From Cycas panzhihuaensis (lineage: Eukaryota; Plantae; Cycadophyta): a stretch of DNA of 64,000 nt. A program made the position numbers and the translations under genes. Positions 52,288 through 64,000 of the stretch are shown here, in pieces (the first letter of the stretch is position 1; every line of letters begins with the position of its first letter). The stretch lies in NCBI GenBank assembly GCA_023213395.1, contig CM041465.1, positions 173,731,741 to 173,795,740 on the forward strand, in the 5' to 3' direction. The notes beneath the pieces are model-generated. The model saw only the letters and a program-made list of their open reading frames with translations. It was not told the DNA's origin and did not search any database.

Positions 52288-55200
52288 TTAAACATAAGGT
52301 TTAACACCCCCTTCATTTACAGTGTTAAGTCGGACACCAAGACCATCTCTAAATTTTACAAATTTGTCTCTACCAAGTGGCTTGGTAAAAATATCTGCCG
52401 TCTGTTGTTCTGTTGGTCGATATTGAAGTGTCATCTCACCACTGTGTACATGCTCCCTGATGAAATGGTGGTGAACTTCAATATGCTTGGTCCGTGCGTG
52501 GAAAACAGGATTCTTAGTTAGCTTGAGGACACTTTGATTGTCACAATGAAGGTTGGTCACCTCACTGAAATCCAAGCTCACCAAGAATCCGTCGGCCGAT
52601 AACCTCACAGTCGCTACCGACCGCAGCTTTGTATTCTCGCTGGAGGACAAGGTAACATTTGGTTGCTTCTTGCAACTCCATGAAACAATCTTGAACCAAG
52701 GGTAAAACAAGAACTCAAGGTAGATTTCCGCTATCCTCGGCATCCCGCCTAATCGAATCGAGAACCCTTCCAAAGTGAAGTTCTCCTTATGTACATACTC
52801 AAGTCCTAAATGCAATGTTCCTTTGATATACTTGAGTATGCATTTTGTCGCATTCCAAGTATCCGCTTGGGTTGAGACATGTAACGAGAGCAAATCCCAA
52901 CCGCAAATGAAATGTCCGGACGAGTGTTGGTGAGATAAATCAAGCTACCAATCAACCGCCGATAGAGAGTGGGATCTCGGTTCGCCTTCCTCATTAAGGG
53001 AAAGCTTGGTGCCGCTCTCCATGGGTGTAGGCGCCTGCCTTGCGTCGTGCATCCCGAATCTCGCAAGATGTCCCAAGAATATTTTGCTTGGGAAATGAAG
53101 ATATAGCCTCGCCGCCATACCTCAAAGCCTAAAAATAATGGAGAAGTCCAAGATCACCATCTCAAAACTTCTTCAAATCATCTTGGAGAACATTGATGAG
53201 TTTAGTGTCATCACCAATGATCACTAAGTCATCTACATACAAGGCAATATAAGTGACATGGTGATGTTCATGTTTGATGTACAAGTTTGGATCGATGTGG
53301 ATCGATGAAACCCATGTCTCGTAAAGTATTCATCGATTTTTGCATACCATGCCCTAGGAGCTTGCTTCAAGCCATACAAAGCCTTCTTGAGGCGACATAC
53401 CAAATGCTCCTTGCCTTGTTCCTTGTAACCGTGAGGTTGCTCCAAGTATACCTCCTCTTGAAGATCGCTGAGGAAGGCGCCTTCACGTCCATTTGATATA
53501 CGCCCATTTGCATTGTGCGGCTAAGGCCAAGAGAAGTCCGATGGTGTTCATGTTTGCTACAGTGCAAAGGTCTCCTCGTAATCAATTCCTTCTTTTGTTT
53601 AAACCCCTTTGCTACAAGTCTCGCTTTTGTCGCTTGAGTGTCCCATCGAATGGAATTTGGTCTTGTAGACCCATTTACAATCGATTGCCTGCTTGTGTGG
53701 AGGCAATTCGACCAAGTCCCAAGTACCATTCTTGTGAATGGATTGAATCTCCTCATCCATGGCGCCTTTCCAACTATCACTTTGTGAAGCCTCCGAAAAG
53801 GTAGTAGGCTCATCAATAGAAAGCACTTCACCATAAGTGCAAAGTTTGTTTGTCACGAAACTTTGATGGACGCTTCCTTCAATGATGTGACCGTCCTGAA
53901 CTGTTTGAGTGTACCACTTAGGTAACTTCTGAAATGATGTGGCATGAACCTCAATATCTTCTGGTCTAAGTGTAGGAGCAGCAGAAGATGAAGTGGAAGG
54001 TTCAAGTGGAGCAAATGAAGATGAAGTAGATGGTACGTAGGTGCAGATGAAGAACATGGTGTGTAAGATTGAGGGTAAGGGAAGTCCTCAACAATCTTTT
54101 TCCCTTTGTCAATGGGGGGTTGGATTGATGCCATATCCAACTCTTTTTATCATCCTCAACAAAGATTACATCTCTTGAGAGATGCATTTTTCTCCCAATC
54201 GATCATACAACTTGTAGGCTTTGCTATGGATTGCATATCCTACAAAGATGCATTTAAGGCTATGTTTGTCCAACTTTGTTCTTTGTTGATCTGGTATGTG
54301 CATATACGCAGACACCAATGTCCTCAAATGGTCGATAGTTGGCTTCTTTCTAGACCATGCCTCCTCGTGTGTGATATTGGTGATCGCATTGTAGGACTTC
54401 GATTGGCCACATAGGCAACGGTGAAGAAATGCTTCGCCCAAGAAGCTCTTGGAAGCCCTTTGCATGCATCATTGTTCGGCTTTATTAGCCAAAGTTCTAT
54501 TCATCCTCTGAGACTCCATTTTGCCGAGGAGTATGAGGAGTCGTGAGTTGTCTCCGAATTCCATTATCCTTGCAAAATTGGTTGAATTCATTTGAAGTGA
54601 ATTCACCTCCATTATCCGACCTTAATGTGCCAATTGAGTAGCCGATTCATTTTCTACTTCCGCCTTGAACTCTTTGAACTTGGAGAAGGCTTCGATTTAT
54701 GCTTTAGGAAGTAGACCCGCACTTTGTGAGAGAAGTCATCAATAAAAGATATGTAGTACAATGCTCCTCCAAAGGAGTGGGTGGACATGGGTCCACACAA
54801 GTCTGAGTGAACTAATTGCAAAGGATAAGATGCACGCCATGCTTTGCCTTTAGGAAAAGGCAGCCGATGTTGTGACCCCATTATGCAAGCTTCGCAAAGA
54901 CATTTTGAACCATACATCTTTGGAAGCCCATACACCATGTGTTTGTATGTCATCTGCTTGATTGTCTAGGCTTAAATGTCCTAGACGTTTATGCCATAAC
55001 TCAATTTTTGACAAAGATGTGGAACCAAAGTAAGCAGAATTAAGAGTAATATTATTGGCATCCATCATGTAAAGACCTTGATCCTCATAGGCTTCAGATA
55101 TGATCTGAACATCTTTGTCACAAATAATACATTTCCCATTTTAAATAGTACGCTCATGTGTTGCTTGTTCATCCGGCTAACAGAGAGCGATTCTTCTCCA

Positions 55201-56483
55201 TAGAAGGAATGAAGTAGGCATCATTTGGGAAATGATGAGGAAGGATTTTGAGGAGAGTCTAAAGGAGCTATGGTGCCTATTCCTGAAATCTCAACTGATT
55301 CAACATTTCCAAAGGTCACTGATTGACCTTTACCTTCCTTGATGTTGCAAAGGAGTTCTTCACTCCCGTCATATGTCGAGAAGCTCTCGAATCGACAATC
55401 CAAGTGTTGTCAATGTTGGATGATTGGTATGCACAAAGTAGTTTGTCATCATTGGCAAATTGATTAGAATGGCGTTGGTAGCCACTTCTTTGACCCCCCC
55501 CTCCTCTTGGACCTCCTCGATAGGCACCTCGATCTGGTCGAGGGGGATTCTGCTGCTGATTTGACTGTTGGAATCTTTGTTGAAACTGTTGTCGTGGCTG
55601 CTGGTGTCTTTGACCCTGTGGTTGCTGTTGTCTTTGACCGTGTGGTTGCTGCTGTCTTTGACCCTGTGGCTGCTGCTGTCTTTGAAAATCCGCTTGCTTC
55701 TTTTTGCACTCAGGTGCAATGTGGCCAGGAATGCCACAATAATGGCATATGACATTGGACTTGGAAGATCCAATGTTCATATTTCCAAACTGCTTTGTGA
55801 ATGCAGTGTTGGATTTTTGAGTTGTCTTTGCCCTTGCTGTGAAAGCACCTGTTGTCGATGGTTCTTCATTATCCTTAGCATAAATTTGTTCTTCTTGAAG
55901 CAATAAGCTTTCAAGTTGATTGACTGTCATCCCCCTTAGTGAACCATCTCGTGTAGTTGATGATATAAAGCCGTTGTAGTTCTTTGGTAGTGCTTTTGTG
56001 ATGGAGGCTATGATTTCATCTCTTGTGGCTGGACTACCTAAAGTAGTTAATTCATTACAAACCTCCTTAATGAGGACATGAATGCCGACATTGGCTTTAC
56101 AAATTTGATGGAGTACAATTTAGCTTTTATCATCAAAATGCGAGCTTCATCTCGCCTTTCATACAAAGAGGACAAGGTGTCCCATGCTTCTTTAGAAGAT
56201 AGTGCAGAAGAAATATTTTGGTCTACATGTATGTCCACAACCATACAAATGAAAGCCAAGGCAATTTCGCCTTTGGCCTCCCATGCAAAGAACAAGTTGA
56301 ACATCCACAGGTGCAGGTTGATTATCATTAACCACAAGTGTAGGATTGGGGATTCTTCTAGAAACATATCCCCAGAACTCATTCATTATCAAGAGATTTT
56401 TTGTGATTCTTTTCCATTCTTGATAATTTGATTGCCCCTGCTAGCCTTATGGTACAAGCATTAAGCATATTTATGGCAGCCAT
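52288..56483 (-). pseudogene. Element B gag-pol (frameshifted as assembled, possibly intact in vivo)
   Basis: MAAINML start; CHYCGIPGHIAPEC; LVHSDLCGPM; KNPVFHARTKHIEVHHHF; colinear with A. Confidence 0.88.
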
Positions 56484-57599
56484 CTTTCCACTTGAGTAAC
56501 ACTTGAAGCTAGCAGATAACTTGGAAACTTCAAAAGCTTTGTCGCTAAGACCCACCATCAAACAATACCACTAGTTCTGATCTTACAAGAAGATCCAACA
56601 ACCAATGGGGTGAAGAGAGGTGGAGGAGTCTGGCTAATGAGGTGGAGGACCAAGTTAAATCTAGGACAAGGGTGTAGGGTTGATCCGCATGGACGTACCA
56701 TGCTTTCCCCAGGATTCATGTTCCAATAACACCCTTTTCGAACCTCCTTTCCCTCAAGCAACCTTAATTGTCGTGCAATCGACTGCACGGCCTATTGGTC
56801 CCCTAGGGAATGCACCAAGCTTAAGGTTAATTCGAGGCAAGGTTTGAACCTTTTCGAGCCTCTCCAACAGAGTTTTAAATTCACTTTTAAACAAGTGTAA
56901 GTGAATCTTCTTACTTGGATTTTTTTTATGCCTTTTGGCTTACAAAGAATGAGCACAAAACAGATTTCAAGTGCTTTAGATCCAAGTGAGGTGCTATGTA
57001 TGCTTGAGTACAATGATAAAGTACTTTGAGTACTTAAAAAAGAATGTAAGGAACCTTTGATGGCAGCAAAAGAGGGTTCCTTTTAAGCTCCAAAATCTGA
57101 TGAAATGATGAAATGTACTCAAGAAATTGCTCCAAAGTCCAACACAAACTCCATACATACTGTTGAGACTTAAAAAGTCTCAACAATCCAACAAGAAAAT
57201 TGTGATTTTATTAAGTTTCACAATGAGCCTTCCCTTTTTGAACTGAAGAAGGCCAAGGTCACCATGCAAGGTGCCAAAAACTGAAGTTAGGTGAGAATTT
57301 CCTTCACCTTTACAATGTAGATATGCCTTTTGATTACAATAATTAAGCTCAATGATGCTTCAATAGCAAGAAAGTGAACTAAAAGAGCTTAAAACAGTAA
57401 GTACAAAAGTACTTTTGAGAAACAAGACTGCCAAAGTTTGTAAACAAAAAGTTTTAAGTAAGCCCAGCTATAAAGACTTAAAGTCTTTTAGAAATTTCCC
57501 CCCTTAAGAAATTAAAAAAAAATCTCTTAAAACCTTAAAAGAGAATTCACATGAGCATATTGATCAAAATATGCTAAAAAAGGATATTTGAATTTCCAC

Positions 57600-58150
57600 T
57601 GCTGAGTTGGCGACCGATCGACGATTAGCTTGTTGAGCCGGGCAATGCCGGATCCGAGTTGGCAATGATTGACCGCCGATATGGCGTTGATCGACCGCCG
57701 AGTTGGCGTGATTGACCGCCGATATGGCGTTGATCGGATCGTTGATTCGCAGAATGAGTGCCGGATGTAATCGCTTGATGAATGCCGAGCCGGGCGACTA
57801 GTGAAGGATGGAGCCGGTCGTTTTCCAAATGCCGATCGGGCGCCGAGTAAGCAAAGGATGTGAGCCGGCCGTCTCCTCAAATGCCGATCGGGCAGTAAGC
57901 AAAGGACAATGGAGCCGGTTGCCTCCTCAAATGCCGATCGGGCAGTAAGCAAAGGACGATGGAGTCGGTTGTCTCTCAAATGCCGATCGCGCAAAAGTAA
58001 AGCGATGCGAGCCGGCCGTGATGAGCCGGATCGAGCTCGTGTGCTCGCCGATCTGGCAAAGACAATCGAGATGACAGTTTCTATGAATGCTTCGGACCGT
58101 GATGAGCCGGACTGTGATGAGCCGGATCGTGATGAGATGAGTCGGCAGTG
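57600..58150. repeat. GC-rich compound tandem repeats in the leader of B
   Basis: Repeats of GACCGCCGATATGGCGTTGAT, about four ~50-bp units containing CAAATGCCGATCGGGCAGTAAGCAAAGGA, and GTGATGAGCCGGA units. Confidence 0.85.
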
Positions 58151-59974
58151 ACATGCCTAGCCGGCAGGATCAAGATGAGCCGCGCCTCGATCAAACGCCG
58201 AAATGGCCGTTGAGTGAGTCAGCCTCGATAGCTAGACAGTTTTTGTTGAGCCGAAAATGAAGAGTCGGAATACTCGGACAAGGTAATCAATGAGCCGGAT
58301 AAAGGCTGGGTGAGAGAGCAAATGACTCAAGATCGCTTGATGACACCGGCGATCTGGGAGTCTTCCGCGCCCTCAAGCCGAAATGGCGTAAGAGAGGGCA
58401 CTGAATATCAAGAGATTTCCTTAAAAAAACAAATTTAGACAGAGATAAGTTCTCAAACAAATTAATAAAGGCTTACACAAGGTAAGTTCGAGACCTTATA
58501 GCTCGATACTAAATGTGGAAAATGGGCATTAGGCCACATTAATCCCAAGATCATAAGTACAATCACAATACTATAAATGCATGAAAGCATGAAAGCATAA
58601 AGAGCACAAACCTGAAATAGGAGCAAGAGAAAATGATACCCAATATGTGGAGTTGGAATTGGTCCAACCTCCCAAGAAGAAACAGCTTTGATTAGCAAAC
58701 CGTAGCACAACAATACTGACTCCAACTCTCCTTGTGAGACAATGAGGAGAGGTCTCATTATAAAGAGTGAAATGAGAGACTAAGGCCTTGGATGTTTGAC
58801 AAGTGTCAAACATCCAAGATACATGACTTGGATCATGAGCAAAAGTGCTTGGATCCTCACCTAAGGCCTTGGATGTTTGACAAGTGTCAAACATCCAAGA
58901 TACATCACTTGGATCACTCAAAAAAGTGCATGAGGGTCCATTGACCCTTTAGTGACAACGTTGTGTCACTAGAAAGAATGTGGGTGTGCACTTTATCACT
59001 TAAGTGATAAGTCACCCCTAAAGTAAAAAGTGCATATATTACAAAAAATAAAAGTACATTAACTTAACATTTAAACATAAGGTTTAACACAAGATTCTTT
59101 GGACCGTACCAGATCGAGGAACGCATAGGAGAAGTGGCATATCAGTTAAAATTGTCACCAGAAAGCAAAATCCATAATATCTTCCATGTGTCTTGTTTAA
59201 AGAAAAAGCTAGGCGAAAAACGAGACTCTGCAAACAAATTTACCAAAATTGGATGAAGAAGGAACGATGATAGTGGGACTTAAGGGAATACTGAAGACCA
59301 GGGAGAAGAATTTGCGTTCTAGGAAAATAAAAGAATACCTCATCAAATGGAAGACATTGGAGCTTGAAGATGCAATGTGGGAGTCTGAAGAATGGATGCA
59401 AAAAAATGGGATCTTACAAATGCTTTGAGGGCAAAGCATTTTCTGAAGGGGAGGGACTTGTTGTGTTCCTAAGGAACCCCCTCAAGTTATTTGAATACTA
59501 GTTGAGAATAATGCTTGCTTGTAAGGTCGACTTCATCAAGGAATGTTAGGAGGAATATCCCATCCTCTGGTCAACTTCCATTGGGCGCAATATTAAGAAG
59601 AATACCATCATGTTGGTTGACCTCTATCTGAGGGATTGTGACCACTATAAATAGGGAGTTTGGGCTTCATCCCAAACCATCTTTTGGAGACTCTTGTGGC
59701 TGAACATTTTTGGTCTTAGTGTTGCAATTAGCTCGCACATTTGGGGGCTAGAGTTCAGAGGGTTCCTCGCCTTGAAGAGGGAAGCTCATGTCTAAGGAAA
59801 AGATTGGTATTTTGACATAACTCATTCTATTTTTTGTTGTAATTTGATAAAAATGATCATTATTTCCTTTTGTGGATTCTAGAATTCCTTTTCCTTGTTA
59901 ATCATCTGCTAAATAGTATCTAGTTCTTGTCTTTTCAGTGGATTATTATCGGTGTTTTAAGGAAAATTGCTATA

Positions 59975-61542
59975 AAGATAGAACTAGATCACTTCATGAG
60001 TGGGCTTTTCTTCATTTGGTTTATGCACCTCAATTGATTCTTTTTCAAATTGCTCACATTTACACTCCTCCCCACTTACTTCATGTACAACAATTGGTTC
60101 CTCTTTCTGCATTTGCCATCCGAGCTTTCTTCAGTCATTTTTCATCTCTTCGCATAGAATCAATACTTCTTCACATTTTTCTTTTAACAATTTGTGTCTC
60201 TCACTAGATAGCTTCATTTTATTCTATATTTTAATTTAAAAAATATTGTTTCACATGAAAAAATTTGCAAGAAATTTTAAGGAAAACTGGGACTTCATCA
60301 CCAAAAGTAAAATAACTTATATTCTAACCATAAAACTAAATGGAACCCCTTTTTATAAAAATATAATAATAAGATGCTTCCAATCGATCCGATTTGAGTG
60401 ATTTGAAGACCTATAGCTTATGTAATAAGCATTTTATGTTGACCAAATTTGAAGGCTTTTGGAGATATTTGCAACACCTATTACTAAATTGTTGACAAAT
60501 CTTTAATTTGATATCCAACGAAGCTGAAATCACTTTTAATAGAAAATAGACTTTAAGGCACACCTATTTGAAAAGAATTGAGGTCAATTCAATACTTGTA
60601 ACCCTTGTTATGGCTGCCAAAAGTTGTAGTTGAAGATTTCTGGCCCTATAGATAGTAACAGACAATAGGCCAAGATTGAAACTCTTATAACTCTCACAAT
60701 TCTACTCCAAAACCTATAGTATGACAACTCAAAAATTATAGCATATATTTGGTTGTCTCAAATCTATGGTCATTTTTGTCGAATTCGATCATTTACACCC
60801 TTGAAATCATAGATATGTGGTAAAATCCTAACTGGCCAAAACGATGCTTTGATACCACTTGCAGCAGGCTCCATGACGTTTTTCCCCAAGTCCAATAGTA
60901 AATAACAACAGAAATACTCGAATTCTACCAAATATCAAAATATGGAAGCAAATGAATGCCAATAACCACTCCAAATTATATTGAAGAGTTGAAGTACTAA
61001 TATGATAACAATTATGGCAATGCACAAATGAAATAATAGCAAATACAATAACTTTACAATAAAAATAAAATAACTTCCAATAATGAAATCGATCTTTAGT
61101 ACAAACATTTCCCAAAAGTCTTCCACAAAAGCTTTTCCCTCTCTAAGGGAAAGAAGCATTCAAAATAAAGCCTTCTCTTAAAGGAGCAAATAAACAAATA
61201 AAATCCAAAAGTCCTTTCTTCCAAATGGCCCAAATACTGCTTACATAGGCCACACATCTAATTCCCATGAAAATCCCCATGATATATTAGGCTAGATCAA
61301 CCCTAAAGCCTGCCTCCAATAATCTACATTTAGGACATCAAATTTCAAATTGTCGCAACTTCTTTATATGATATCCATTTAGAACCCATGACCACTCATT
61401 TCAAAGCCAATGAAAATCTCTAAACTATTATCCATGTTTCATAACTTGATTCCATTTATTTCAATATCATAATCGTAAAATATTCAATATTTCTCCATTT
61501 TGAAAGGTGACTTGGTCCATTTGGAAGGGTTGGCATGCAACA
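59975..61542 (-). mobile_element. Element N: 5' part (LTR, PBS, leader) of an E-related non-autonomous element; apparent target of M
   Basis: LTR 60860-61542 whose end matches the F LTR start (TGTTGCATGCC); PBS GCTTTGATACCA 60846-60857; 60260-60850 resembles E leader 7960-8530. Confidence 0.8.
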
Positions 61543-62269
61543 ACAGTCCCACCTAGTAATTAAGTATGAATGGGGGTTTGTGTGCATAATATCCAACATA
61601 AAGTTGCTTAGAATGGTCAGGAACAACTTCGAACAGCTCTAATAGTAGAATGGCAAAAGTGAGTAGGGAAAATAATAAAAAATACATTCTAGAAACGTTG
61701 GAACTGCAAATGGTTACAATTTCAAGTTTCAACCCTCAAGAACTACTAATACAAAATGAGAGTAGTTAGTCAAGAACGAGAATGGTTAGAAGGTAATAGT
61801 TCTCTACCACTCCAACAGTTATGATGGAAATTGATCATACAATCGTACAAACATATGGAATAAATGCAATTAACATGTAATTAGGGTTTATTATGAAATG
61901 TCAAAAGTCACTTGTAATGATTCTCACATTTAGGTCAAAACGATTGTAAATTAGGTACAAATAAGGCATTCTCACACTGATTTTGGTGTTAGCTAAGCAA
62001 TCAAGCATACCCATAGATGAAGCATTTTCAAAGCATTATAACTATTTATTGATTAATGAAATACTTACATGAAAAATGTTAATTTATGAGCACGCATGTA
62101 TAAAGCATTTCTTATATGTTATATCTATGTATGTAAGTGCTAACCTATAATAACAAGCTAGCAAGGTGCACAAGGCTTGACGACATGTTGTGACTAACAT
62201 CAAAGTGACAAGGACACACAATTGGAGTGTAAATCAGTAATTTTGGGGCAATCAATGTGTTGTAACATA

Positions 62270-64000
62270 GGTCAACAAGTTACTAATAAGGTGACAAATT
62301 TTCTCAATAGGCCTCACACGTGCTTTGCTAAATCTGTTAGACGCCAGGTGTGTTGGATATTCCAAGTGGCAAAATATGTATAGCTCAGATTCGGACTTTG
62401 GTATTACCATGCCACAAAACAACATCTCAGTCAATTGAACAAGAACCATTCTTTGACTACCACTTGTAGGATGGGTAACTATATGGGATGCATTAGCTTA
62501 AGGAAGCTCATGCTTCCACTCATGGGGGACACTTTAGGGTGTGGAAGGCCCTGCAACACTTGTAATTGTAATTCTACTAGCCATTTAAGCATAGGAAGCT
62601 ATAGTAGCATATCGAACGATGTGCTCCTTGTAGCCAATCCAAACCGTCCAATTGGAAGGTTGTCCTATATTAGCCTCTACCTATGCCCTCTCGTCCTTAA
62701 GAGCCCATTTCCATGGACTCTAGTAGCAGACAATCCATGACCCAATAAAAACATGACTACATACTAGTGATGCTTTGCCAATTTTTTAAGGCATCAATGT
62801 TCATTCCATGCACTAACACCATAGATGCACCACGCAATACCCAACACTTCTTTGACCATGTTTGGTTACACTTAGGATATCCCTCATTATTATCTTAGAC
62901 AAAGGTAGATGCTTTCTTGGCCATTTTTGGCAAACATTTTATAAGCTCTTAGGTTGTAAACTCCAATACTCTGCTACATTTCACCCCCAAATAGATGGGC
63001 AATCAAAGATAAAGAACATGACCCTAGTTCATCCTCTTTACATCTACTATCATACAACTACCTCATGGGACAAGCCTCATGTAATAGTTCAACATGGTCA
63101 CAACTATGTAGTTCACGTTTCTATAAGGCACTCTCCATTCGAGGTATACTACAGCTTCCAAACAATAGCCCCACTTCTAGTGGCACTTCTATCACTAGTG
63201 ACATGCCATGAGCAGGCAAAGTAGCATAAGACAATTATTTCGTTAAGCACCTCCAACGAGTGCAAGCTAGTGTTTAAGAGATCCTCATTAGATCCTAGGC
63301 TAGGTACAAGGCCCAGCATGATTTCTAGGTAAGCGACAGAGTTTGCCTACACTTGCATAAATGTAACACACCTGGGCAGTCTTCACTAACACCTCGAGGT
63401 TTTGGTGTAACGATTTGTTACAAATGGTATCTGAACCAAGGTCACGGGTTTGATTCTCGGAGGGGACGAGCTTGATACAACATCGACATAACAGTGTTCA
63501 CCCGAGGCCCAATGAGGCGCAAAATTACTAAAAGTAGGTTACCGAGAATAGGTCATCAAGACGTCGACGCCTTGTGGGGGAGGTAATGTTACACACCTAG
63601 GCGGTCTTCACTAACACCTTGAGGTTTTGGTGTAACAGTTCGTTACAATAAACAACAGTCGAAGCATCAAATCCATCATAAGCTCAAATATATCCAGTTT
63701 GAGCTAAATCTAATCATTGAAGCAATGCAACCTAATGCTATCTACTTGGATCTTCCAGCTCATCCTGGGGTGCATGACTGTAGCAATCTCAAGCATTATA
63801 GGCCGCCACTATTGGAAGTGGAGGTCAAAGTAACACATCCAAAGGACATGATAACCCAATTTTTATGCTCCATTTATAGCAAACAGCCTTCTAGATACTA
63901 GAGTACACAATACACAACACTATCAAATCATTGCGTATTTGATGGGCAAGAAAGGTAGCTTGCCATTAAGTCAAATGGATTTCAAAGGCAGTCTTCAAGC
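62270..64000 (+). pseudogene. Degenerate Ty3/gypsy (CRM-like) integrase region
   Basis: EAHAS..GGHF, PLPMPSRP.EPISMD, FLGHFWQT..LGCKLQYSATFHPQIDGQS, SPFEVYY motifs with many lesions. Confidence 0.85.
63362..63647 (+). mobile_element. TRIM (terminal-repeat retrotransposon in miniature), 286 bp
   Basis: 61-bp LTRs 63362-63422 and 63587-63647 (TGT...ACA), perfect TSD ATAAA, iMet-like PBS TGGTATCTGAACC, PPT GTGGGGGAGG. Confidence 0.93.

Larger units (their letters stand above)
51732..59089 (-). mobile_element. Element B: young full-length Ty1/copia of the same family as A, inserted in the integrase of M
   Basis: Near-identical LTRs 51732-52306 and 58514-59089, TSD CAAGA, degenerate iMet PBS 58501-58511, PPT at 52307. 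Confidence 0.96.
48056..59974 (+). mobile_element. Element M: 5'-truncated chromoviral Ty3/gypsy (gag-PR-RT-RH-INT-chromodomain, 3' LTR); interrupted by B
   Basis: ILVDSGSTHNFI protease; RMCMDYRGLN and FFDDIL RT; LECDASG RNase H; integrase KLSPR|FFGPY split by B; EYLIKW..EDAMWE chromodomain; PPT then LTR 59459-~59974. Confidence 0.9.

Noticed and set aside
57600-58400. CpG island or horizontally acquired GC-rich gene (155-aa ORF)
   Set aside because: Lies inside element B between PBS and gag, consists of tandem repeats, and its CG content is probably inflated by CWG-to-CG miscalls

Overview
Eukaryotic land-plant genomic DNA, AT-rich, from a large repeat-laden genome (gymnosperm/fern-like architecture; the taxon is an inference). 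The only host gene visible is four GT-AG exons (minus strand, 1988-2667) of a RelA/SpoT homologue of the RSH1 type, covering the HD (p)ppGpp-hydrolase domain. I could not find the preceding exon by eye, so the remaining ~61 kb is probably one giant intron. It is almost entirely nested LTR retrotransposons, labelled A-N below; nine insertions have matched LTR ends and 5-bp target-site duplications (TSDs). Contents: two very young Copia elements of one family (A, B); older or truncated Copia elements (H, I, L); a chromoviral Ty3/gypsy element (M); CRM-like gypsy remnants; two families of pol-less non-autonomous elements (C/D and E/F/G/K/N); and a 286-bp TRIM. Highlights: (1) a pol-less family with a tRNA-Glu primer site, 4 zinc knuckles and a second capsid-like segment; (2) an insertion bounded by two inverted U3 ends that creates a ~750-bp foldback; (3) a conserved hairpin-hairpin-pseudoknot motif in the LTRs of the E/F/G/K family, partly shared with the chromovirus; (4) a structured leader and a polyQ/RGG Gag tail in A/B; (5) evidence that the apparent decay of A/B is a sequencing artefact at methylated CWG sites.
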